A stretch of 64,000 nucleotides of DNA from Octopus vulgaris (lineage: Eukaryota). The notes under the pieces are model-generated. The model saw nothing but the letters and a program-made list of their open reading frames with translations, made no database searches and was not told where the DNA came from. Where the stretch lies: contig OX597816.1 of NCBI GenBank assembly GCA_951406725.2, positions 127,720,001-127,784,000 of the forward strand, written 5' to 3'. The position numbers and the translations under genes are program-made. Positions 1 to 12,082 of this stretch are shown here, in pieces (the first letter of the stretch is position 1; every line of letters begins with the position of its first letter).

Positions 1-540
1 CATAATTACCTTATCTTTCATGTAAGAAAAGTTAAACCTATGTGCTTGTTATATAAAGTATAGTCTGTTTTATAATAGGTTGGGACAGTGATAAATGGTA
101 AGATGTTGTTTCTCAGATCATAGTAATGATGCTTTGATAATATTCAATTGTCTATCTTATCATTAACAATACTTTTCTTTTTATGGAATAGTGTGTCTAA
201 TTTTAGGTTAATTGTTAATTTGAAGATTCACTCAATAGTTTATGATTTCAATTCAGTTATATTGTCAATTGGTTTACAAGCATAATTAAAGAGAATTAGA
301 TACTGACATCAAAATCTTTCATTGATTCTTCATTAATATTCATACAGTTGGAGGACAGTGTCTTGCTCCAGTAACATAATGTACATAGCAGGCCATTTAT
401 TCATACAAGCTGTAAGTTAAGAACTACCGAGAGATAAAAAAAATATTGCTTTATTTTCAAAGGGTGGTGGCTTGCAGAATTGGTAGAACGATAGGCAAAT
501 GCTTGTAACATTTGGTTATATTCCTTTATTCTTTTATTGC

Positions 541-737
541 TTTACTTGTTTTAGTCATTTGGCTGTGACCATGCTGGAGCACTATCTTAAGGGGTTTTAG
601 TTGAAGAAATCGACCCTAGGACTTTTTCTTTGTAAGCTTAGTACTTATTCTATCAGTCTATTTTGCTGAATCGCTAATCTATGGGGACATAAACTCACCA
701 ACATTGGTTGTCAAGCAATAGCAGGGGTATGAACATA

Positions 738-785
<48 letters not shown>

Positions 786-920
786 CAGGATGGGCTTCTT
801 TCAGTTTCTATCTACCAAATTCACTCACAAGACTTTGGTCAGCTAAGGTGCCATGCAGTGGGACTGAACCCAGAACCATGTGGTCGAGAAGCAAGTTTCT
901 TACCACACAGCCATGCTTGC
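541..920 (-). mobile_element. tRNA-derived SINE, same family as 43933
   Basis: Reverse-complement similarity to 43933-44310. Confidence 0.75.
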
Positions 921-1383
921 ACCTATGTTAAGGTTTCAAGGTCTATCAGAATCAACTTTGTTTCAATCCCCTTGTGTTTAATAAAAGAAGTATTAGTCAC
1001 ACTTACCCCTAAGATATCTCACCTTTTACTTATTTTAGATTATCATTTTTATAAAGCGAAAAATCCATGTTGCATCAGCCATATTTCTTTATTTATACAA
1101 ATTGTTTGTTTAATGAATACCATACAGTGTTTGGTTCATTGCTACATTTCTTTATCCCATTTTGTTTAATGTATTCAAAAGAATTATTCCTTTTACTAGC
1201 TGATAATTTCACAGTTATGCTCTGTGTCTATGAATGGATGGATGCTTGAACAATATCTGACCACCTTCATGTACATAATTATTAAACTAGTCACAATGTT
1301 TCATTTGTAAAAAGGTATTGCTGTCTGATTCTCGGAACTGAAATGTAGACTTCAGTAACATTTAGAAACTTGATGATCTAAAG

Positions 1384-1661
1384 TGGGTATCTCCAACTAG
1401 CATGTTGTGGACCAGTACTGGGCAGGGATTGTTTAGTTCTGGGTCACACAGAAAGAATAAATTTTTAAAGTTAATTTCTATTTCATTGAATTTCACATTC
1501 TGCTGGGTATTTTTTGCATTATGTATATTTTATATATGTAATAATTGAATTATATATCATGCACTTTATTGTATTTTGTTATGCACTTGCTCCCCCTGTA
1601 TGTAGAAAAACTGACTTGCCTGAAACTGTACAGTAGTGCAAAGAAATGTTAGGGAACACTG
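1384..1661. mobile_element. hAT (Charlie-like) MITE
   Basis: 8-bp TSD ATCTAAAG at 1376-1383 and 1662-1669; right end gttagggaacactg; left TIR decayed. Confidence 0.65.
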
Positions 1662-2149
1662 ATCTAAAGCATTTAATTCAAATCAATTCCTGTCTGCATC
1701 ACATAAATTAACAAACTATATAATGCTTCTGTATAGTGCAGTGAGCACCATAGAAGAGAAGGCAAACAGAGTTTGTGGACTGGTTTTTGTTTCCAGACTA
1801 GCAAATTTATTTCACTTTACAAAAGCAATTCCCATTCCTTCGTCATCCCCAAAAGACTAATCCACTAATGCCATACTCCAAAACAGTTTTAAAGTTCAAA
1901 TGTCACTATTTATCAGGTTTTAAAATGAAATATTGATTGGTTGAAAAAAAATTTGATTATATACATACTTTTATGTGTATACATACTTTTATGTATATAC
2001 ATACTTTTATGTATATGTGTGTGTGTATGTATAAAAAGAAAGATATATATATACACCCATACATAAATAAATGCATACATACTTATTTGTATGTATATAT
2101 ATTTGTTCTGTCAGTTTATATATATTGGTTCTTTTTTCTCCTTTTCTAG

Positions 2150-2230
2150 GATTCACAATCTGGATTACCACTGTCATGTGCTGACACTTTCTATTGTGAT
2201 AGTCCTGAAAAGTACATAACTGAACAAATA
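2150..2230 (+). CDS. Internal coding exon (81 nt, phase 0/0) of an unidentified large gene; DSQSGLPLSCADTFYCDSPEKYITEQI
   Basis: Polypyrimidine tract ttcttttttctccttttctag, open frame, length a multiple of 3, consensus donor gtaagt at 2231. Confidence 0.75.
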
Positions 2231-3316
2231 GTAAGTTGAGATTCAATATTTTGCAAGTAATTCTTTCCTTTTTCTTTTTTTTCTTCTTCTTCCAATCTTC
2301 ATGTAATCCTAAAATATGTATAACTATGTATTTTAAATCTTGCTGGGTTCAAATTTGACTTTCTTTCTCCTAGGGTTAATTAAATAGAGCAACCCTCCCC
2401 TCAAAAACTGATGGCTCTGTGCCAAAATTTGAAACCATTAATGCTATTGTTATTATTGCACTTGCCTTTGGTGTCCAGAGAGATCTTGGACAGTGGGGTT
2501 CCTCCTTTATCCCTAGAGGTCATCCTGTATCAGAATTACATCTTATCATCCTTCCATTTTTTTAACCTTTTGTATACTATGTATATCTCCCTTCCTTTTT
2601 ATTGTATACCATGAATACTTATTCTTTTATGTTGTTTATTTATTTTATCATTTCATTGTATGTAACACCCCCCCTGACACACACACTTTGTGTCTGCCTT
2701 TGTATTGTCCCCCTCATCCTGCATCCTGGTGGCAAATAAATGAAATCATTGTTATTTATTATTATTATTGAATGAGAGAGTAGCACACACCATCTAAGTG
2801 ATGCTGGGCTATAGATATGAAGTCCTATATACCCATCATGATTACTTGTCTGACAAGAGTACACCAGGCACATGCACCATAACAAAATGTGCATAACATG
2901 GTGATCTCATACCAAGGTAAACAGCACAAGATCTTACAGGTGAGGCCCAGTTAGAATTTTATTCACATCAAGTAGCCCATCCTGCTCAAAAGGTCCCTGT
3001 GAATAAAGGTTGTTTAAGGATGATGAACAAAACGTCCATGTTAACTGAGGTCAATTATTCAAACCCTCCAAAATTCATCTTAACATATAACTATGATGCA
3101 CCCCACTATTCTTGCTTATGATCAGAGAAGCACACTAAGGGACATGCTCAACTAGTTAAGGTCTAGTAAATGATAAGTAAATCTGAGGCATTCAGCAGAA
3201 TATTTGCTGTTGCCCATCTTTTACACTAAGAAAAAAACATGATAACACTTCCAATCAGTTAAGATCTAAAGCCATGAGAGCCACTACTTAGCATTGCGTT
3301 AGAGAATTTATTATTA

Positions 3317-3365
<49 letters not shown>

Positions 3366-3590
3366 GGTGGCGAGCTGGCAGAATTGCTAGCATACTGGGC
3401 AAAATGCTTAATGGTATTTCACATGTTACTTTATTCTGGGTTCAAATTCAACCAATGTTGACTTTGCCTTTCATCTTTTTGGGGTCAATAAATTAAGTAC
3501 CAGTGAAATACTGGGATCGATGAGATCAACTAGTCTCCTCCCACTATATTTCAGGCCTTGTACCTATAATAAAAAGGATTGTTATTATTA
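3366..3590 (+). mobile_element. tRNA-derived SINE with Meta-like central domain
   Basis: ggcgagctggcagaa head, ggttcaaatt B box, gactttgcctttcatc...ggggtcaataaattaagtaccag; lies in (TTA)n. Confidence 0.8.
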
Positions 3591-4799
3591 TTTTCATTAG
3601 TATCTTCTTACAATTCTGTTTCAATTACTTGCCAAGTGTCTTCCTGATACCCAGGGTATATTATTATTATCATTATTTCTCACCTAAACCTCTCATTTAA
3701 ATATATAAAATGTTATAACAAACTCAGATTCACAGACTTGCACACACACATATACACATTTAATGGCTGATATAGAACAAATATAGTTTGTCACATCTAA
3801 GCATAATGTTGACTGAGGTTTGACAAGCACACAGTTCATATGTTTTCCAAGAGGCTATTCACATAGTAGAAGGATCTATTTAATTTGTAAACATTGTTTG
3901 TAGACAAGCTGCATTTCTTTCATGTAAGAAAATATAGACCTCTGTGTTCAAGATAAGAGAACACAGAATATGTCATTGATCTTGAATTCAGAATTCAAAG
4001 AAAGAAAAAGATTTAACTGACATTGTAATAAATGGTTTTTCAGAAAGAGAAGATAAAACTGAAATTGTAATGAAGTCCAGAAATAATTAAAGAAGCATCA
4101 GCTATTAAATATAACTTAGATACTTTCTTTGTAGTTAAGTTTGTGATGAGAATAATTTATTACACTTAAAAGAAAGTCATTCTTTTATACGTACGATATG
4201 CGAATTTCATAAGAAGACCAGATCGAAGTATTATGAATGATATATGATAGATGGGCGATGAAAAAGTTTGAGAAAGCTAGAAAGTTTGAGAAAATGAAAG
4301 AGTTTGAAAAGCTTGATGTCATTTGAATTATGAAGAAATAACTTAGGAATGAATATTCATAGGATTTAACTCAACTAATTAAAAAATTTGAACATGGGGT
4401 GTGTAATACTCATTTTCATGAGAAAATGAAACAGAAAAAGTTACAAAATATAATATCACTAAGAAATAGATGTCTTCCAGAGATTTAACATGATAGTTAA
4501 GGGGACAAGTTTTAGCATATGTATTAGCTTCATGCTTGAAAAAGGTTGCAAAGGAGTCTTAATAGTTTGGGTGCTAGACATTCATCAGTAGCAAAATATA
4601 GAAGAAATGTATAGGGGGAGAGAAAAAGTGGCTGGACAAGTAAAAAAATGACAAGTGAAGAGCTTATGAACCAGGTGGGAAATCAGTTATATGGAGGGAG
4701 GGGTTAAGGGAGGAGGGTAAGTGGTGTGCATTCATGCATAGGAGTGTATTCATGTATTGAGATGATATAGGAAGTGAAATGTGTGTGTGTGTGTGTATT

Positions 4800-6220
4800 A
4801 GTCCAAGTGTCCATGAGGAAAAATACTCCTCCAGTACTGTTCTGACCTTATCTACAGAATTCATATTTTTTCCACCCAAATGATTTTGAAGACTGCAGAA
4901 TAGATGATAATCAGATGGGGCAATGTCTGGCGAATATGGTTGTGTGTGTGTGTGTGTGTGCGGTAGTGAGTGAGGATAGGCAAGCTCGCAATAATTTTTT
5001 TTGTATCTTTCATTGCTATTTTTTTTAGGCAACTATTTTTTTTTTTCATTCATTTATTTATTCACCCTTGCAACACTGAGTTGAATTAAAGTGGTTGGGC
5101 ATTGATAACATTAGCCACTGTTTATAGGAGATACTGTAATGCTATGACCTGTCTAATTCAAATAAATCGAATTAGTAGGATGACTCATAGTTATGGATCC
5201 ACAAGAGATGGTACTCAGGGTAGATATAAAAGTAATAAGGGAAGACTTCTACATATCTGGCTTTGCACATGAAATGAATATCACAGTACCACTCAACAGT
5301 CACACATCTTGTGTGGAAAAAAGAAAACTTAATGTCAGAAGGACCAATATATGTATTCAGTTATCCCATAAATAATGCAGTTCTTTCCAATTGCATGAAC
5401 TAAAAGTCAGAGAGAGATAAACTACTTGAATCAACTTGCTATAAAAGCAGGTGATAATTTTACCTTGTCCTTATTCTTAGTGTAAGTTTCGAAGGGTGCA
5501 GTTCGACTTTAACAGTTATTTTTTCAAAGTTATAATGGAAGTGACAAAGGAGGACATATTCGGCATATTTTGCTCTATGAGGACATATTCGGCATATTTT
5601 GCATCATTTCCCATTCAAACTGCTCCAGCCTTTGGAATGTCATCCTCATTGTATGTGGCCAAGCATTACCCTGATGGAAGAACACCTTCCGTCTTGAAAC
5701 CAAAGATAGTCCTTTTCTGATGGCATGAAGGTGGTAATGAATGGTTGAATGGCCAAATCAAAGCTTCTCAGCTAGTTCCTCAACAGTTACGATGGGATTT
5801 TGTTCCACCAGGGTTTGTAGGACATCCCTGTTGAGCTCTACAGATCTTCCAGGATGAGGCTCGACTTCTAAGCTGTAGTTTCCGGCTCAGAATTTCTGGA
5901 ACCGCTGTTGACACTGGCTTACACTTATTATCCTATCCCCATATATTGCATTAATATTCCTCGCTCATTCCATTGCATTGTTGCTTTTATTGAACTCATA
6001 GAGCAAAATATGCCGAATATGTCCTCCTTTGTCACTTCCATTATAACTTTGAAAAAATAACTGTTAAAGTCGAACTGCACCCTTCGAAACTTACACTAAG
6101 AATAAGGACAAGGTAAAATTATCACCTGCTTTTATAGCAAGTTGATTCAAGTAGTTTATCTCTCTCTGACTTTTAGTTCATGCAATTGGAAAGAACTGCA
6201 TTATTTATGGAATAACTGAA
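4800..6220 (-). mobile_element. Decayed mariner transposon interrupted by an inverted duplication
   Basis: TA plus TIR at 6220; N-terminus MEVTKE..HIRHILLYEFNK (frameshifted); FHQGNAWPHT (HDNARPH-like); QPYSPDIAPSDYHLF at 4940-4896. Confidence 0.85.
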
Positions 6221-6615
6221 TACATATATTGGTCCTTCTGACATTAAGTTTTCTTTTTTCCACACAAGATGTGTGACTGTTGAGTGGTACTGTGATATTC
6301 ATTTCATGTGCAAAGCCAGATATGTAGAAGTCTTCCCTTATTACTTTTATATCTACCCTGAGTACCATCTCTTGTGGATCCATAACTATGAGTCATCCTA
6401 CTAATTCGATTTATTTGAATTAGACAGGTCATAGCATTACAGTATCTCCTATAAACAGTGGCTAATGTTATCAATGCCCAACCACTTTAATTCAACTCAG
6501 TGTTGCAAGGGTGAATAAATAAATGAATGAAAAAAAAAAAAATAGTTGCCTAAAAAAAATAGCAATGAAAGATACAAAAAAAATTATTGCGAGCTTGCCT
6601 ATCCTCACTCACTAC

Positions 6616-6640
<25 letters not shown>
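4941..6640. repeat. ~640-bp near-perfect inverted repeat (4941-5581 / 5995-~6640) with ~410-bp spacer
   Basis: Arms are reverse complements; mirrored 60-aa ORFs at 5193(+) and 6383(-) differ by one residue. Confidence 0.95.
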
Positions 6641-6654
<14 letters not shown>

Positions 6655-6720
6655 AAGCAACATGCACAGATACTATCTCATACACACTCACACATTCACC
6701 TCACTGACCACTGATAATGG

Positions 6721-7032
6721 TAAATAGATAAAGAGGAATCAAAAGAAAAATAAAATAAAAGGGAAATAAAAAAAAACTAAAGAGGAATGAGGGGTTTATT
6801 GAGATTGTTAAAAACTAACAAGAGTAAATCAACGATTATTTGACTAGGTTAACTTATGTGCACTTTTATCTATGTGATATCCTGTTAAAAATACATATAT
6901 GTGGAAAGTACTTGAATACTTCTGTAAAAGAATGCACGCATTTCAAAGCTAATTTGTTATGGTGATTTTTTAAAATTTCCTCTTTATTTACCCTTTATTT
7001 CCTCTTTCTTTTGATCCTTCTTTATCTATGTA
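6721..7032. mobile_element. MITE-like element with ~50-bp imperfect TIRs
   Basis: taaatagataaagaggaatcaaaag versus cttttgatccttctttatctatgta; TA at both ends. Confidence 0.55.
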
Positions 7033-7096
7033 TGCCAGAGTAAACATGTGTGTGGTGTGTATGTAGTTGGAGGTGGTAGTCAAATGTGCAGGAGAT

Positions 7097-7133
<37 letters not shown>

Positions 7134-8354
7134 AGTGAGAGAAGGAAAAATGAGAGAGTGTTGATGTGGTGGAGAATCTGCAAGAGTTAAGTGTATGAAA
7201 GTGTAGTGCTGGTGACACAGACAGAGACTTGAGAAGATTTTGAGGAGACTGAGAAGCCATGGGAGGAAGGTCAGTGAAAGGAAGAGAAGCAGGAGTATTT
7301 CATGGATGTGAGTTGGGGGAGAGGGGAGGAGGGCAGCAGCAAGAACACTCCATTTCATTATTACATTTTAGCATTATCTCTACCATGTTTGCAAAGTGCA
7401 GGTCTTTACCAGAACTGCATGCAGTCTCTAAATTTACCTTTTGTGAGGCTTAGCAACTTGAAATATATATATATAGGCATACATATATGATATGTATGTA
7501 TACATACATGAAGTGGCAACTGATCAAAGTATGTTGAGCCCCACGGAGGAGCTGATGAATGACAGAGGTAATTAGTGATATGTTGTAATTTCCTAACTCC
7601 TTCTGTGCTATCAGTTAGACCTCTCCTTGGAACAACTTTCTTTTGTCCCCCATCCTGCATTACTGCTCTTTTCCCTTGCCATTTTATTTTGTCTACTGAA
7701 CATCCCTACTCCTTGAAGTCCATCTCATATCTGATTTCAATACCCACACTGTCTTTCTTTCTCACTTACTGTACATCTCTCTCTCTCTCTCTCTCAATCC
7801 CACCCACCGCACAAACTATACAGCTTCCTATTTCTCATTTATATACAGTTTTATTATACTGTTGCTCTTGATCCCAATTTCATTTGTACTGTCATTTATC
7901 CCCTCCTCCTCCTTGACCAATTCCATTTCCTTCACCTTCCACCCAGGCTGATATTCACCATTGATCACACCTCCTCTCCTGTTCATTATCTGCATTCTCC
8001 TCTATCTTCATCTTTTCATCATGTTGATCTCCTTTCACGCTCTCTCACTGATCATCTCACCCTTTTTTGATTCTCTCTCCAAGTTCTCTTCTTTTCTTAT
8101 GTGGCAATGCACTCACACCTCAACACCACCATCTCTTTTCTCTTGTTCCAGCTGGGGGTTGCCATGCAAGATCCATGGTGATCTCACTAGTACAAGTGCC
8201 ATAAAAAAGGCACCTAGTATGCTCTGCAAAGTGTTTGGTATTATGAAGGGTATCTCATCATAGAAACCATGTCAAAGCAGACACTAAAGCATGATGCAGT
8301 CCTCTGCCTCATCAGATCCTATTGACATGCAAAATGGACGTTAAATGATAACCA

Positions 8355-8464
8355 TGTATATATCTATATATACATACGTACACACACACATACACACCTA
8401 CATATGCACACATACACATATATACACACATATATTCATATATATATATATATACACACACACA

Positions 8465-8513
<49 letters not shown>

Positions 8514-8620
8514 CAAACACACATTCATATATATATATATATATATAAACTACAAACACACATTCATATATATATATATATATATATAAATTACAAACAC
8601 ACATTCATATATATATACAA
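8355..8620. repeat. (TA/CA)n array with a repeated unit aaactacaaacacacattc(at)n
   Basis: Three copies of the spacer unit between TA runs. Confidence 0.9.
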
Positions 8621-8830
8621 CTGCATGTAGACTGTTTGTGATATTTCCTTATTTTCCCTTCTGTCTCTCTGGACTTAGTTGTTTCTGATGAAGAGCTATG
8701 CTCGAAATATTACGAACAACTCTCTCCCTTCACCAAGTGTCCAATTAATATATCTCTTGTGCACATTTTCACACTTGTTTTTTTCTTTTTTACCCTGCTT
8801 TTAATTGTTTGTTTATTTGAATTATATATA
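8620..8830 (+). mobile_element. Penelope-like pseudo-LTR remnant
   Basis: Contains the minimal hammerhead; T-rich tail has the same layout as 25920-26050; flanked by TA microsatellites. Confidence 0.55.
8677..8721 (+). ncRNA. Minimal (Penelope-type) hammerhead ribozyme
   Basis: AGTTGTTT-CTGATGA-A-GAGC TAT GCTC-GAAATATTAC-GAACAACT: 8-bp stem I, 4-bp stem II, palindromic AATATT in place of stem III. Confidence 0.65.
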
Positions 8831-10524
8831 TTATATATATATATACACACATACACTTGTGTGTGTATGTGTGTATATATATGTGTATATATACGGATAT
8901 ATATGGGTGTGTGTGTTCATACATACACCTACGCATCCCTTTCATATCAAGATTGAATGCTTTATGGTCTTTGTTTTTATAATTTGTATTAATAGAATGT
9001 TGCAGGAAATCTGTAATTTTGGTTTTGCTGTACAGTTTGCAAAAACACAATTTCAGTATATTTCCTGCCTATATTAATTATCTATTTATTTTCTTCTTTC
9101 TCAATTTGTGGGAATTTTTTTTTTTCATTTCCACTTTAAACATTTTTTAAAACACAATATGATCAAAATTTTCTCTTAATTGTTAAGTATCATGAGCATA
9201 TTTTATTATGTTATGCTTGATATGAAACAATAATCTATTTACAATTATTGCCTGTCAATTGTTTATGCAAAATGGATTAGTTCAGTTGATAATGAATTTT
9301 CCTTTTATAATTTTCTATTTACCTTTTCCAATTTACTCCTCACTAGTGTATAATATTTGGAAGCTGTATATGCAGTGCTAGATATTGTGTGTGTGTGATG
9401 AATTTTAGTGTTTTATATCATGCAAGAGGTTGTGGAAAGTCTCCTATGTTGATTTGTTTTTTCTTAAATGTGTCAAAAATATTTTAAATGAAAGTTAGGA
9501 TATTGAAAGAAATTTTATTATTTTATTTCAGTTAAATTGTAATTCCATTTTAATTTTTTAATTTTTGTGATAAAAATTATATAAATTATCTACACTCACA
9601 CACAAAGAAGCAAATGTATATACATAGCACCTGTATTACAGCTATCTCAGGTTATGAAATTTTATGCTAATAAAAATTGTGAAGCATCACCCCTTATTTT
9701 GGGCTGAATACATTGTGTGACTTTCTGTCTATTTTCTTGAGATACAATCAGTATTTATCTTTCTGTCTATTTATTTATTTATTTATTTATTTATCTTTCT
9801 ATCTGTCTAAATAAATAAATTGACCTTCCTTACCACAACATTCACCAACACAATAATCGTCATCAACACCAAAGCCGTTACAGCCATACCAACACCTCAA
9901 TGACCATCAACAATAGTATGAACAAGATATGCAACTCGATCTAAAATAATAAAAAAAGAATGATTACATGAGGTATATGGTCCTCTAATTTATTTTGTGT
10001 GTTGAATAAAATATCTTTTATCTTATATCAATGAGGATTGACTTGAGACTAAAGCAGCAGGTATATAACAAGAACAATATGACCACAGTTACCACCATTA
10101 GATCCCCCACCATCACTCACACCAAAACGAATAACACCACAACTACTACCAACTCGCCAACTTTTGAATAACCAATTGGCAACACTAATAATAATACCTG
10201 CAGGTTAGCAATGTCTGTAGCTACATGTGTTATATATCAACACTGGTGCATGTGTGCATAAGTCGAGTGTGGAATTCTTATGGGCCAAGTGAGAAGTGTA
10301 AGAGCAAAATGCCTCTGAAACTGGTAACCCTTCAAGTACATGTAAACATACAATACTTCCTCATTCATGTTTGCTTCATCACATTTGCATTCTTACATCC
10401 ATAGGAATAAGATGACAATTTTTAGTCCTCAAAAAATAGTTATTTTCTGGTGCTGTTATTTCACTACATATTTGTTGTGGATAACTATTGATGCCACTGC
10501 TGCTGAATCTATCTGAAGGTAGCA

Positions 10525-11210
10525 GTATGAAAAAGAATTGTAAAAGGATTACACTGGATATTAAAACTTGATGTTTTTAAAAGGTTTGAAGTAGAGAGAA
10601 AGAAGAAGCCCCATTACCAAAACGTCAGGCTGATTGCCTAACCATCAAAGCTTGTAACATGTACACTAGGAACAATACATTGCAATGGGGAGAAAATCAA
10701 GTCACATGCTCAAGTGGCTGTGCTGTTAACTGCTCAGTCTTTGTCATAGATCTATGATGCTTAAGTTAGAATGAGTCTTGAGCGTATGGATTGAGTGGAT
10801 CAGAGTGGACACATTGTGCAGATAAGCATGGTGGTAATTAAAAAAGATAATGTTTGAACGATGATTTCCAGAAAAAGGAAGGGGATCCTTTAAATGAAAA
10901 ATCTTTCTTGGCTAATAAGGGCTGGTTTGAAAGGTTTAAGAAGCACTTGAATTTGTACAGCATACCAGTGCTGATGGAAAGATTGGCAGTAGATATTTTG
11001 AGTAGATGAAAAAGATGATTGCTAGTAGAAAATACATAGAAAAGCAAGTATTCAATGTTGATAAAACTGCACTTTTCTAGAAACTCATGCCTGTTAGAAC
11101 TTTTATTAAGAAAAACCAGCATTTAAAGTTTCTGCATAAAAAAAAACAAAAAAAAACATGTATCTTCTGGGATGAAATACCACTAGTGATATGAAATTAA
11201 AGCTCTGATC
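10525..11210 (+). mobile_element. Tigger/pogo transposase pseudogene fragment
   Basis: KRITLDIKLDVFKRFE (CENP-B-type HTH), FLANKGWFERFKKH, QVFNVDKTALF*KLMPVRTFI. Confidence 0.8.
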
Positions 11211-11794
11211 ATGAGGGGTGGATAGGTTGAAGTTTCAAAATTTAGGGTAGTGTGAAAGATGGTTAGAGATTATGATATGGGTTGGGATAGATGTAGTGAA
11301 AAGGGAACAACTGTTGAGAGATGATTGATAATAAATTTGAACCGGTAGGAAGGTAAGGGAGAAGAGGCAGTACAGAAAGGGTGCTGAGAAACTGGATAAT
11401 AATATGAGATTTGCACCAAAAGTTATGTAAAAGAGGGCACCATTTTTTTTTATTACAAACACATATTAACTGATTTATACAGAGATGTTAAATGTTATAC
11501 ATGTTATAAATATTCATTTCCTACTTTGGTGTAGGGTCACACATTTCTCAGGAAGTGAAAATGCTTGTTAAATTAACCTCTGTACTTAACTGGTTTTTCA
11601 TTTATCAATCTCCTCAGGTTGAGAAATAAAACCAGATGTGGTAAAATTTGATCATTTAATGTAAAGCCACTGGTTGGCATGGTAATATTGAATGTTTGCA
11701 AGCATATTCTTTCTGAAGGCACACATTGACAATCATGCACCTCCATAAATACATGTCTATGGCTTTTAACACAAATACGTACATACATCTATGC

Positions 11795-11799
11795 ATACA

Positions 11800-11865
<66 letters not shown>

Positions 11866-12082
11866 ATACATGTGTGTATATATATGTCTGTGTGTATATA
11901 TGTGTGTATATATATGCCTGTGTGTATATATGTGTGTGTGTGTATATATTGACACACATGTGTATATATATGTGTATATATATATGTGTGTATATATATG
12001 TGTATATATATATATATATATATGTGTGTATATATATATATATGTGTGTATGTATATATATATATATATAAATATATATATA
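11795..12082. repeat. (TG/TA)n microsatellite
   Basis: Low-complexity array. Confidence 0.95.

Noticed and set aside
5193-5375. Duplicated 60-aa ORF MDPQEMVLRV (also 6201-6383 on the minus strand)
   Set aside because: By-product of the inverted duplication; runs into the mariner TIR; no recognisable domain
7552-7600. CTGATGA here and at 48442, CTGAAGA at 51603
   Set aside because: No downstream stem II-GAAA and no stem I pairing, so not hammerheads
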